From assembly GCF_009914755.1 (NCBI RefSeq), contig NC_060930.1: a stretch of DNA of 64,000 bases; one strand, written 5' to 3'. Of the stretch, positions 12,681 to 29,008 are shown one piece after another (the stretch's first letter is position 1; each line of letters begins with the position of its first letter). The position numbers and the translations under genes were made by a program. This stretch comes from the human T2T-CHM13v2.0 reference genome, Homo sapiens. The notes beneath the pieces were generated by a model. The model did no database searches. It worked only from the letters and a program-made list of their open reading frames with translations, and had not been told where the DNA came from.

Positions 12681-13417
12681 AGGTGGTGTTTGGTGTTTGG
12701 ATTGTGGTCCTTCTTTATAGTGGTGGCAAGAGCTCAAATATTGGCCTGCATGCTGTGTTCCTCTGGATGGAATTCCAAACTCACCAGGGCAAGGAAAGCT
12801 TCACCTTGGAATTGGCGCATGTTTTTGCCTCAGACTCTGCCCTTCATTTCTCTCAGGTCCTATAAGCCCTCCTCAGACAGAAGACAATTTTCTTTACAGT
12901 GTAATTTTTGGGACTGGTGTCAGAAGCTACTGACACTATTCAATTAAAACAGAAAGGGAGGAACACATGGGGCAATCAGGTCTCTTCATGGCAGTCCATC
13001 TCTGCTCTTATGTTTGTTGACTCTGAACTAACAGTTTCTCTGGGATTCCCATGGGAAGACCCATAAGAAGACTTCTGTTTTCTCTGTTACTTTCTCAGTG
13101 TGAGCCTGTCCATTTTATAATGAGGAGGCATTACTCACATTCCTGGTCCACTACTGGAATACATACCTATTTGCACTGTTTGACTGTTTTCCTTGCGTGT
13201 GCATGTGAGTGTCTGTTTTAATCTGTGTGTATTCTGTCAGGAAGACATATGAATTGATGAGAGAAGTAAGACCATCTTCAGCTGAAGTCCTAGATTTTAC
13301 ATTTGAAATGAGTTCCTTGGGGATTCTGATGGGATTTTGGATTTGAGGCCTATGGATCTATCTGATTTCATTACCATAAGATATAATCTCTTTTAAAATA
13401 TATTATATGAAAAACTT

Positions 13418-13722
13418 GGTCGGGTGCAGTGGCTCAGGCCTGTAATCCCAGCACTTTGGGAGGCTGAGGAGGGTGGATCCCTTGAGGTCAGGAGTTCAAG
13501 ACCAGCCTGGCCAACATGGCGAAACCCCGTCTCTACCAAAAATACAAAAATTAGCTGGGCATGGTGGCACACGCCTGTAATCCCAGCTATAGCTTCGTGG
13601 CTGAGGCACGAGAATGGCTTGAACCTGGGAGGCAGAGGTTGCAGTGAGCTGAGATTGTGCCACTGCACTCCAGCCTGGACAACACAGCGAGACTCTGTCT
13701 CAGAAAAAAAAAAGAAAGAAAA
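13418..13722 (+). mobile_element. AluS (Sx/Sz-like)
   Basis: Full dimer with A-tail; degenerate TSD gaaaaactt/gaaaaattc. Confidence 0.96.
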
Positions 13723-14949
13723 ATTCGATAAAGCAGTTTGTGGTTCTGTTGAATATTTGTTAAGCTGATTTCTACCTTGTTGACGACCTGCAAATATACT
13801 TCTGCTGGCTAAAGTTTGAAATTGCCAGTCATCAATATTGGTTGCTAATGATGTAATTATCCAGCTTCTCAAAATTTGCTGACTCCTTTCACACGTGTTA
13901 TTATTTGCTGAAAGCAGCTCATTTTGAGTGGCTGTGGTTTAGATTTGTTATGATTTTATCACCTAATTGTATTATCATTCTGGAAAAGTAATCATTAAAT
14001 ATTTAATGTCATGTCAAAATCTGTAGAAGAAATTATGCAGAGTAAGTTCACACTTTCTGGTAGCTCACAATTATAAGGCAATTTTGATAGTCACACTTTT
14101 TACTTTTTAAGTGATGCTAATTAGGATCTGGGACAGTCATATATTAATATGCAAAAGGTATGCACTTTTAAGATATGGTGAACTCAACTATGTAAGGGGT
14201 AATTCGGAATAAGCAGCAGTTGCCAATTGTCTTAATCAGCTTTCGAACATCTAGTTCCACTACACCGTTACTATATCTTATTTGAAAAAACTTCCTAGAA
14301 TTATTGCATCCAACAGTTTCTGAAATTTAAGATAATTAGGATTAAGTTGGGCAGAACTGTGTTGTTTCAGTGTGGCATACCTTTGAGAGTTACTAAAAAA
14401 GTCTATCATCAACTTAAGCTTTGGAAATGATCTGCTTTCGTTCTTTGTAGATTATAAGGAACTTTAGAACTCACTTCTTTATTCATCTTTGAGCAATTCC
14501 CTAGAGAGATACATTTTTCTCCTTTTAAAATTTGCTTCACAAACTTTTTTCTTTGAAATCTGAAACTCTGGGAGAGTTTTAAAGAGTCTAGTGTCAATGC
14601 ACCGGAGTCATTTGCAGCTAAACCAGATTTCTCGCTTTACAGCTGAGCCACTTAACACTCAGCCATGTCTTCCCTACACTCTGGGCTCCGGCAACCCACT
14701 TCCAAAAAGGATCATACTTTTTTTTTTTTTTTTTTTTTAACTGGGCAATTGTATGTCTACTTCCCTTTGATAGAAATCACCTTTCTATTTCTCTTTAGTA
14801 CCAAGCATTCTTCCTGCGGGTCTCTGGGTGATAGTGGCTCTCCTGGGACGTGCCCCTCGCACCTGCTCCCTGCAGGCAAGGCTCCTGCTCTTGTTCCTCC
14901 AGCACAGTGCTTGTCACAGCACACATGTGACTCCTAACCACCCATCTTT

Positions 14950-15068
14950 CCTCATGAGCTCTGTGCTCTGTGAGGAAACCGATGGCGTCTATATCTCACT
15001 GTTATATTCCTATAACCCAACCCAGGGCCTGGCACATTGTAGAGACTTAAAAAATATATTTGTTGAAT
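14950..15068 (+). mobile_element. L2 3' end
   Basis: cagggcctggcacattgtagagacttaaaaaatatatttgttgaat. Confidence 0.7.
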
Positions 15069-15439
15069 CTAAAACTGCTTTTTTTTTTTTTCCCCAGCTA
15101 GGAAAATAGCATGACATGCCATCAGTGTTTACTTTCCCTCTACAAAGCTGAGGCTATTTCAATCTCTGTCTCTCTTCTTTCCACTTCCCCCTCCTTCCCA
15201 GACAGTCGTATTCATCTTATTATTACCCTTAATGAAGCAGTAGAAGTAGTTCTGAAACTGACTAATTGTCCAACGGGTTAAATGCAGAAGCTTCGTAGAG
15301 GCTGAATTCTAGGATTGGGTGATATGTGACATCATTTTCAAAGCCACCCAGAGGCTCACTGGCTCACCTCTGCCTGCACAGTGCCGGCCACGGAGCAGAT
15401 GAAACCTGGGCTGTAGAAGCGCAAATCTAAGCTCCTGTC

Positions 15440-15590
15440 TGAAGCTGGGGATACTGCCTGTCCACATATCCTACTGGATGAAGTGGGTCTCTGAGCAACC
15501 CCTGACATCAGAGAGGTGGTTATGCTGATTTGCTCTATATGTCCAGGGAAGAGAGAAAGACCATAGACACCCATGGGTGCCTCTGCATAC
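15440..15590 (-). mobile_element. Old MLT1 (J/K/L-like) LTR fragment
   Basis: gcaacccctgacatcagagaggtgg...tgtccagggaagagagaaag...gcctctgcata resembles the antisense MLT1 5' end. Confidence 0.45.
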
Positions 15591-16509
15591 CGTGAAAGTT
15601 CGCGCTGACAGCTGAGGGAGGGCGCCATCAGTTGTGAGATGAATCCTGGTGACGGGGATCTTCAGATGTGAAAATGAAAAGTGTATCTTAGAGCAGGGGA
15701 GTATGGTATCCAAAACCTTTGCGTTTCTCATCTGGAAAATGTTCAGATTGGAGAAAGTCAGTAACCATTTTCTTTAACCAGTTAATACATTCATATTACT
15801 TGGCAGAAAATAGCCCTCAAAGTATTTCCCAACGTTTCGAGATGTTTAGTAATCTTATTTTTTAAATCGCAGATACCTTAGTCAATGTCTGTTGAAAATG
15901 TAAACCATTCACCTTTATTTGATTTGTTATGCAACCTAAGTTTTAGTTCCATTACCAACACTCGAGCTTAAATTCCTAGTATGGTAATAATTTAATCAAC
16001 TCAATGTATGTGATTTAAATTCAATGTATGTGTTGACTAAAACTCATATTTGAAGTTTCCTTCTTGATTCTAAGTTCTGAAATTCTGAACAGGGCCTATG
16101 TGCTGTATCTGCTGTTATGAAAAGTTGCCATTGTGCCATGGTGTGACCTGAGCCCAGCATCCAGCAGGGCCTGGCACCCGTGGGGGTAGATAGCGCACTT
16201 TTGTGCATTTTTTACATAGGTATAATAATGAAGAGAAAAAAAGGACTTGTGCAGGGCTACAGGCTTTCTAACAATGATACATTCATGAGGATTTTGAATA
16301 TATCACAGGGAAACATTTGGAAAAACAATTCCTGAATCCTATAAAAAATGAGTTAATTGGCCAGTGCAAGTTTATGTGTTAGTGGCCTCTAGTTTGCTAA
16401 ATTGTAACAAACAACACTGTCCTGTGTATACTTTTTTATTATTTTCATTTCTGAAACTAGTCAAACTTTGTTGAAATGGAAAGGTTTGTAAAATTCCTTA
16501 AGCACTTCC

Positions 16510-16655
16510 ATGAAACAGCTTGGTATGAAAGTCATTGATTTCGTTCCCACCTGCAAATTTACAGATGAGGAAGTTTTGGCCCATGAAAGTTAAGAAACAC
16601 ACCTGAGAAGTGAGGGTGTACAGTTCTATGGTTCTCACTTTTGAATCAGTGTTTT
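16510..16655 (-). mobile_element. MIR
   Basis: tttacagatgaggaagttttggcccatgaaagttaag. Confidence 0.7.
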
Positions 16656-17019
16656 CATACATGTTTGTATGCAGGCGTGTGTGCATGTGTGCATTTGACT
16701 GTTTATTTTCCTGAATACCATGCCCATGCCCAAACCTGTACCATCTTATCTATCTTTGCTTTTGTTATAATGACTGACTTTCTTCAAATGACCAGAATAA
16801 CCAGATATTAAATTTATGCTTTAGGTGCTTTTCATGAGAACTCCCTGTGCTATAATAAAAATTTGGAAACGTCTGCATATTTGGACTAAATATGTGGATA
16901 TTTTTGGCTATTGAATGATCTTCTATTTTTACATATTTGATTATGTATTACACTTATAAAGATGCCCAGGCAACAGAATTTTGCTAGAAGAGAATATTTA
17001 TTATGTTATTTTTATCACA

Positions 17020-17240
17020 GTGAAATAAATGTTTGTTTTAATATATAATGCATGCTGATTTTAAAAAAATACAGAAAAATACAAAAAGAAAGAAATAGTG
17101 CCTAAATACATACCACCTTAAGATAACTACTGTGGCTATTTTGGCAAATATGTCTGCACACATCTCCATGTGTATGTGCACACATGCGCAATTTTTCACA
17201 AGTGGCACTGCATCATGGGAGTTTTCCTGTTTTAGTGCCT
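17020..17240 (-). mobile_element. L1ME 3' fragment; probably resumes at ~17780-17875
   Basis: aatacagaaaaatacaaaaag...ccaccttaagataactactgtggctattttggc. Confidence 0.6.
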
Positions 17241-17473
17241 TTATTCTTTCTGTGTTGTTTATCTTTGTTCCTTCCTCCCTTCATCCAGCTTTTGGCCACC
17301 CCAGTGCCCAAACCTGGAACATTTGTCCTTGACTGCTGCTGCACACACCCATGCTGACATCCAAACGTACGAAGGCAGGTCGGGGTGAGGACCAACGTTT
17401 TACTAGACTGCAGTGTATTATATCCATCTCGCTTTTCTTGCTAAATAAAAATTTCTTTAAAATTCTTCAAGTT

Positions 17474-17886
<413 letters not shown>

Positions 17887-19581
17887 TTACTTATATAGGT
17901 CTCGACGAGGGAACAAGGGCATCACCTCCTTTGATGTCCGCTTTAAGTGTCCTCCTCCCTCAGCCTGTAAACTGACTCTTCATCTGTAGGAATATTTACT
18001 TTATCAAAGTCTAAGTACTTGTGAATCTAGAACATCAGATTACTAAGGGAAGAAAAGGCAGAAAGCTTTAAGAGCAGACTCCCCAAACCTACCTAATTAC
18101 AGACATAGAAAACATGGAAAACAATATTAATGCTTCTGCTGTTTAATTGGCGACAGCTCACCAGCATTTTATGCATACTTCATATTTATTCTGTTTCGGC
18201 TATATTACCATGTAGTGAGATTAATAAATTTTTTAATGAGAAGTTATATTTCTGGGTGATGCATTAAAAGATGAACAGAGTACACTTGTGACAGCTCATA
18301 AATGCTAAATTAGTGCAAGAGAGCTCTCTAAATTTAGCTACTAGTTGAGTTTACCCCTATGTAATAAATCTGGCAATAACCCTGAATCTCATCACGGCAC
18401 TGAATCAATGGCAGTAAAATAGTAACTTCTCTTTTTAGTGCCTTTGCAAATTCAAGGCTGGAGGCTAACACTTTAGTCAGCTCATAGCTCTGCTTCTTAT
18501 ATTTTAACTATAGCAAAGGACATGCTACCTGGGATCTGTGGGTTCTCCCAATTAACCAGTTTTCTCTCTTCAATCCCTTCTGTCTGTCCGTCTCTAGAGA
18601 GGGAAGGAAAGCAACAGCAGAGCTCTTTTTTGGGAAAAATTTGAAGTTGATTTTTCCTTAGTTTTGGAGGATTGTTTCTGCAGTGCCTTCATTTCCAGGT
18701 GCCACGGAGACTTAACGTTTGGGCACAAGGACTGCAATTGTAACTCATTATACTGTTCCTTAAAAAATGCTCAAGACTAGGAAGTCTTCGGCAGGGATGA
18801 AAAGGAATTATTTTTCTTCTTTTTGTTACTGAATCAGTGACAGCAACAGAAGCTATATTTACAGACACAGGTGATTACCTTTTGTTGTTGCCGGCTGCTT
18901 TAAAAATGTATGAGTGCTTCCCAAAATACACAACTTTTGCAAATACTTGAAATTAACATTTGTGAAAAAGACAAATTGCAGATTGAGTGTCAAGCCTACC
19001 AACCTGTAAAGTACTTGAAAGTAAATTGCACTTAGGAAGGAAGAAAGCCTTCCCCCCACTCTTGGGAGTGGTTTCTCAATAACTGTAGAAACTGATAGTA
19101 ATTTTCCTAGGAAAAGGAAAGCTTAAATTAAGGTGAACATGGAGTGAAATAACTCATAACAGTAAAAGAGCAAGAGAGACCTTTTAACCTGCCCCCCTTA
19201 CGGCACATTCCCTTACTAGCAAGGCAAGTGTGTTCCTGATGAAACTCACTGTGTCCCTCCCTGGCAGAGCAGGCCTACATCAGGTGGCAGATGTAGGCTC
19301 TGAAATACATCCATATAGGAGATTTCAAATTTCCCTGTAGAAACTCAGGATAGTCTCCAAAGAAATGGAATGACAGGGACCTAACCAGAGCACTCATGTA
19401 TACAGAATGGGTGTTAGAAACAGAAAGGAGGTAGAGATTCCAGAGTTACTTTTCATAGAAAATTAGCTTGAAATGCTTTCTTCCAATCTGGAAACTACTA
19501 GTCAGACAATTTTAGGGGCCAGAAAACCTTTAGGTCTAAATCAAGAGGAAAAACAAAAAGGATATTGGGGGAGAATAATGG

Positions 19582-19964
19582 TGTGTGAGTCAGTTTTGCA
19601 TTGCTCTAAAGGCATACCCGAGATTGGGTAATTTATAAAGAAAAGAGGTTCATTTGCTCACAGCTCCGCAGGCTATACAGCCACGGCATCACCATCTGGT
19701 CAGCTTCTATGAGGCCTTAGGAAGTTTACAATCATGGCAGAGGGCGAAGGGAGAGCCACTGCATCGCATGGCAAGAGAAGGAGAGGTGCCAGGCTCTTTA
19801 AACAACCAGCTCTCTCATGAACCCGTAACCATGGGGAGGGGACCAAGCCATTCATAAGAGATCCTTCACCATGACCCAAACACCTCACACTGGGTCCCAC
19901 CTTCAACACTGGGGATCAAGTTCCAACATGAAATTTGGAGGGGACAAGAATCCAAACCATACCA
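19582..19964 (-). mobile_element. MSTB-type MaLR solo LTR
   Basis: gggtaatttataaagaaaagagg...ccaggctctttaaacaaccagctctc...gggacaagaatccaaaccatacca; TSD aatgg/aatag. Confidence 0.92.
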
Positions 19965-21194
19965 AATAGTGAGGTTAAATTTCAATTATTCTATATACTT
20001 CCTGCTGCTGTATGGCTTCCAGCTGTCATGGGGCTGGAGCCCCATGTCTACATAACTAGGTACTTACAGTTGTTCTGGGTACCTATTTTAAGTCCACATT
20101 TGGTTGATTCCTTTCTGTATGCAATATTGTCTGCAAATAGTGAGTTTACCCAGAATTATTTCCTCATTGACAATAAATCAGAATGCCAGCATGTAAACAT
20201 CTGCTATCTTCCACTTTCATTCTGCCTTAGAAAAAAAATTTTCTGTTTGCATGACTCATTAATTTTTGGGAAATGTTAAATGGAAGCACTGTAAGAGAGA
20301 TGACATCCATCCTCACTCCACTTTCAAATCTGAGAATGACTGCTAAATATCTAGATTTATGCACACATATCCAACAGTGTGATACCTGTTGATTTCTTTA
20401 CGCTATCTTTATCCCAGAGGTATCAGAGGAAACAGTGTCCACACTTCCTCCTGAAATGTCGGAGAAGTCATTTTGCCTAAAGGACTCTGGCAAGGACAGT
20501 ATCCCCAAGGCATTATTTATTCAATAAAAACCCATGGGAGAGAAGTGAACGTGGTGCTCAGCATGAACACAGATGGCCTCGTTCAAGGTTGGGCGTGTAA
20601 CTCACTCAGCCAACCCAGTCATTCTTCTGTCCTGGAAAAGCCCTGGGGATTCTAACATGTTAATAAAACACAATTCTAAGAAAAACGATTAAAATGTGTT
20701 CATTGCATTTCACTTTAAGTTTAGCTTTAACTGGGCAGGAGATTTTTTTTTTTCTGTGTAATTATTAGTTTTTATTATGTATTTGTACTGCATCAATCAT
20801 TCTGAAAGTATAATGGACAAAGCAAATGGATTTCATAGCCAAAGAGTATAAGTCATGTAAGCATATCCGCTTGGCTTAAATAAAATGGTAAAAATAACTC
20901 TGGGGTTTGGGGGCTGGGGAAGATAAATGATGAAATTTTAATCCATTGCAATCCTTCATGTAATGCAGTGCAAGAAGCAATTCATCTACTTACCCATTTC
21001 CACATGGTTTATCTGCTAATACCTTGGTATTTAAAGGAGAGTATTAGATGAGATCAAAAGAGAGAGGGTATAGATTACATTTTCTCCTCTTAGACCTGAG
21101 AAGCCCGCCGGAAAGCTTTTATAGATGTGGGTGTTTAAACCAGGCAAGACCATGAAGTTTGATGGAATAAGGCAGGAACTTGCAGTCAGGGGAC

Positions 21195-21400
21195 CTCTGC
21201 AGTCCCTCCTTCCAGCTGCCCATTTTCTCAGACTGAGGTTTTGGCTTCAGTTCCCCCATCTGTGTGGTGGAGTCAGAACGCCAACCCTGTCCAGCTCAGA
21301 TTATGTTCATAGGACATTATATCCATACACAGATATGGGACAACAACATACCTACATTAAAAAGCTTTGCAAACTATGAAGCACCTTGTTAACATCAGGG
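21195..21400 (+). mobile_element. MIR (degraded)
   Basis: gcttcagttcccccatctgt...aaagctttgcaaactatgaagcac. Confidence 0.5.
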
Positions 21401-21749
21401 AAACTAGGTTATGCCAAGAATACTCTTCAGAGGAGATATGTTTACAGTTTTGTTTTTGAAATCTTGGTTTTCCTCTGTTGCATCCACTCAGGAAACTAGA
21501 AAAGAGAGAAGCTAAGTCATACAGACACGAGCAGAAAGTAGCCTGACCTCTCTGTGTTCATCCTGATCCTCTGTGCATGCAAAATCCACAGATTCCAAAA
21601 CCCAAACGAGGGCTCACACGAGAAAGAATAAATATTTATATGAAGTTTCATTCATTATATTACTTGGGTTTCAGTTCATTATATTGCTTGTATCTTGCCT
21701 AGCACAGACCTGAACACGTAAACCCTTAGTGTAATATAATAATTTCTGA

Positions 21750-22107
<358 letters not shown>

Positions 22108-22337
22108 TGATATATCTATAAAACCAGCTTTAAAACACCATTTAATTAAATTCCTGGTTTTGCTTTAATCCAAGACCTTAAACATCTTTTCCCTGGTTCA
22201 TACAAGGTATAGTTGTATGTTTACTAGGAGGGAAATATTACCTCCTCCACATTTGGGAAACTGAGATGCAGGGCCGTAGACCAATTTGCCCTCTGAATTC
22301 CACAACAGGATGAACAGTATCTCTTAGTTTCTTTTTT

Positions 22338-22587
<250 letters not shown>

Positions 22588-24514
22588 TAGTTTCTTTTTT
22601 CTAAGGAAATAATAGCCAGCCACTTTCCTTGAATGTCTTTCTCACCTGGGTGATTCCACTCATAACACTCTTTAACCTAATTGCTGTGGTCCTTGAAAAG
22701 TAGGCCTCGCTTACATTAATCTCCCAGAGCACACCAAATTAACGCTGCTATTTAAGTCTGTCTATTTCAATCTCAACATTTACAGATAGAAAAAAAGGCA
22801 TTAACTTGCTCATTTTATTGAATTTGTCATACATGGCGGGGAGGGGCACTTGAAGGGAGCTTTAGGAGAAATGATTTAGAAGAGTGATCGGGTCCTTTGG
22901 GAAAGTGTTTAACAATTTACCAAAAGTCAGGCAAATATGTCTTTTTGATACCTTGTACAGTTAGGTACTTACATTAGATTTTTGAAGCGCAGGTATACAT
23001 CAAAATAATAATTAGAAAGGATCTCACAAAACATAAGCTACTCTATTGCCTGTCAAATTGGTAACTCTGCCTTGAAGTGAACAGAGTAAAAATTCATGTG
23101 CTAATCTTCTAGCCTTTGTTCTGCATCTTTCTGCACGGGTAGGAAGTGATAAGATCCTCTGTTGTTAGCAGTACAAAGGGCCATATAAATATATGTAGAT
23201 AATTAAGGCTAAATCTTGTATTAAGAAAAATTCCAATTATCCTCACAAGGACATGTTTCAAATCTTCTACCCAAGTGCCGGAAGCAAGTCCAATTATCTG
23301 AATATAATTGTTAGACATTATTTGATAAACATGAGGATAGTGCCTGTGACTGCATGATTTAAAAACCAGCAACCTCTGCTTTTACCTATTTAAGTGTTTA
23401 GATTTTCAGCCAAATGAATTTTTTCTCCAATTCTTTCCAAAATGACTTTAGAGAAGGTGTCATATATTTTTATTAAAGGACCCCTGGAGACAAGTGATTA
23501 CTATGGTCATGCATATATTCAAATTGTATATTATGGAGTCGAATCTGCTTACACTGAGTTAATTTAAACGATTATGACAAGAACTTCTGGGAAATATGTC
23601 AGCTAAATTACGTGTTTGCAAACTCCTCTGGCTCTTCTCTTCAACCCACAAAAATAATGTCATCAGACATGAATGCAAGGAACTAAGAATAAAGCAAAAT
23701 TCCTCACTCTCAAACTGAAAACTTGAAAGCATACAGTTTGGATGAGTGGAGAGCAATCCGGACACACCATGGTGCAGTGTTGAGGTCGGGCAGGGGTTCA
23801 ATGCAGGAGGTTCTGAAGACCCCCATGGACCCCCTAACTAGGAGGGAGAGACGCACAGACCACGGGATGGGAAGGGGTACCCTGTGCTGTTGAGTTTCCC
23901 TGTGTAGGATGTCAGCAGAGACAGTGGAAGAAAAAGAAAACAAATATAGCAAATGTAGCATAGATTTTTTTTCTTTGACTTGGCTTCCAAAGGAAGAGAG
24001 CTAAGATTTGCTGTAATTCTTTGCAGTCTCAGATCACAGGTGACCAGAGAAAGAATACACACTGACTCGCAAAACCAAATGCCCGTAGGTTTTGGGGCAT
24101 TACTAATTTCTTTTGTCATCCACCAGCTTCACAACTCAAAAGCAGGGCAACACATTCAAACGTGGGGGTTGATTTTCCATGGGAAAGGCCAATCCCTCAC
24201 CTGGGAGCCGACCTATGGAGCAGAATCTCAGTTAATTCTGAGGAAAAACACAGAAACAAAGCCTCTCAGGCCCCAGCTGTCTCCTGGCCTAGAGCCCCTC
24301 AGGTAATTACACAGCTGGACAGAAAACACGCAGCATCAATACTCAGTCCTCCAAATCAAGAGCTCAGGGGAAGACCTCAATGGGGCTTCATGAGAAGCTG
24401 CAGAAGGATTCACGAGGGTTTTACTTACACTAAGTTCAGGCAAATAGCAGAAGCAGGTAGACCCCCCCCCCACCCCCATGAAAAGTGAGTAAACAAAACA
24501 AAACAAAAAATTAG

Positions 24515-24807
24515 GGCTGGGCGTGGTGGCTCACTCCTGTAAACCTAGCACTTTAGGAGGCTGAGGCAAGAGGATCACTTGAGAGCAGAAGTTCAAGATC
24601 AGCCTGAGAAACATAGCAAGATCCCATGTCTACAATAAAAACAAAAAAAATTAAATTAGCCAGGCATAGTGGCATGGCTACTCAGGAGGCTGAGGCGGGA
24701 GGATTGCTTGAGCCCAGGAGATTGAGGCAGCAGTGAGCTATGATGACAACACTGTACTCCAGCCTGGGTGACAGGGCAAGACCCTGCCTCTTAAAAATAA
24801 AATAAAA
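24515..24807 (+). mobile_element. AluJ (Jo/Jr-like) with a small deletion
   Basis: gagctatgatg, ggaggattgcttgagccc; ggcat|ggctact deletion. Confidence 0.93.
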
Positions 24808-24844
24808 GCATTCAGAAGGGATAGGTTTAAAAATTCCACATTAA

Positions 24845-24878
24845 AACAAACAAACAAACAAACAAACAAACAAACAAA
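24845..24878. repeat. (AAAC)n microsatellite
   Basis: About 8 perfect AAAC units. Confidence 0.95.
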
Positions 24879-24949
24879 TGAAAATACTCTGCAAGTGATA
24901 GATGAGGAAACACTTCCCAGGGAACAGGAAAACCATTCATCTACAACAG

Positions 24950-25540
24950 ATTCTTAAAGAAATTAGATGACAACAAAATAATAGTTTAAAAAAGCCTGAC
25001 ATAATTGAGTTAAGTAACTGTGGAGAAATCCACAATGGCATGGAATTTAAAAATGAACCGGAAATGACTAATAGTGAAACCAACAGAAAACTGCATTGGT
25101 GGATGGGGTTCTCTTGACAAAACCACACAAGATGCAAAGAAATGAGAAATGATAATTAGAAGAATATCAACAATAGAGATTTAAATACAGAAACTTCTGA
25201 TGATTGACAATCAACAAACAAATCCAGTGATAAAACAAAAACTATTTAGATATATTAGAAAAAATAATGTCTTTTGAAATAAAGGTACATGAACTTTTGT
25301 ATGTTAAAGGAATTCATCATATTCCAGAATAATGTGATAAAGTTTTCCAATACCAAGACATATTCTGGTGAAGCTTTGGAAGATTACAGAAAGAATCCCA
25401 CAAGCTACCAGACAAAGGAAGCAGGTAACTTACTAATGTAAAAATAATAATAATCATCAACATCATCTAACTACAATGTTCTTACCAAATTTAAATTTTA
25501 GAAAAGGATGAGAAATGTCTACAAATTTAAGAGGAAAATA
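24950..25540 (+). mobile_element. Old L1M/HAL1 ORF1-region fragment
   Basis: ccaagacatattctggtgaag...aagaatcccacaagctaccagacaaagg...caggtaacttac. Confidence 0.65.
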
Positions 25541-26099
25541 GGTGTAGTCTCATTCCTCCACCTCCTCCACTCCAATAATTTGACTCACGTATTTTGGAAA
25601 TTTACAGAAAGTACAGGTAAAGTTATAAAGACACACCAGAGCAGAACAACAACTAAGTAATTTGGGAGGAGCGTTGGGTACAGCTGCCCAGTTGGTGTGA
25701 AGGCGGCACGACGGAGGAGTGAGAAAGAGGAAACAGTATGAGAAGATGCCTTGGGCTGGGGAGAGGCTAGAAAGCCCAGGTGCTCTAGTCAGGGCTGGGT
25801 GCTGAGGGGGCCTACAGGTGGGCTCTCCAGGGCTCTGCCCTCATGGGCGAAAGCAATTCCCACCTCTTTCCTTCCTTGACCTGCAGCACTCCCAATTCCA
25901 AGTTCTGGCCCAGAGCATCAGCTTATCTGACTTGAATGGGTCCCCTTCCTTGGCTAGTGACTCCTGGGCAGGCACATTGATTGCCCCTTGGTCCTGGAGA
26001 AAATCAGAATGCTGTTTCTAGAAGAGGAGGAAATATAGGCTTTCTTGTTGCCTGAACCAGATGTTTTGTTCAGACCACAGTGTGATACATCTGTGAATG

Positions 26100-29003
<2,904 letters not shown>

Positions 29004-29008
29004 CTAGC

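Noticed and set aside
13393-13872. 159-aa and 114-aa ORFs (also 5096-5385, 21784-22110, 61162-61527)
   Set aside because: Typical Alu-derived pseudo-ORFs.
15608-15626. CTCF-like ...GAGGGCGCCA (also ~19277-19290)
   Set aside because: Mismatches at core positions; too weak to call.
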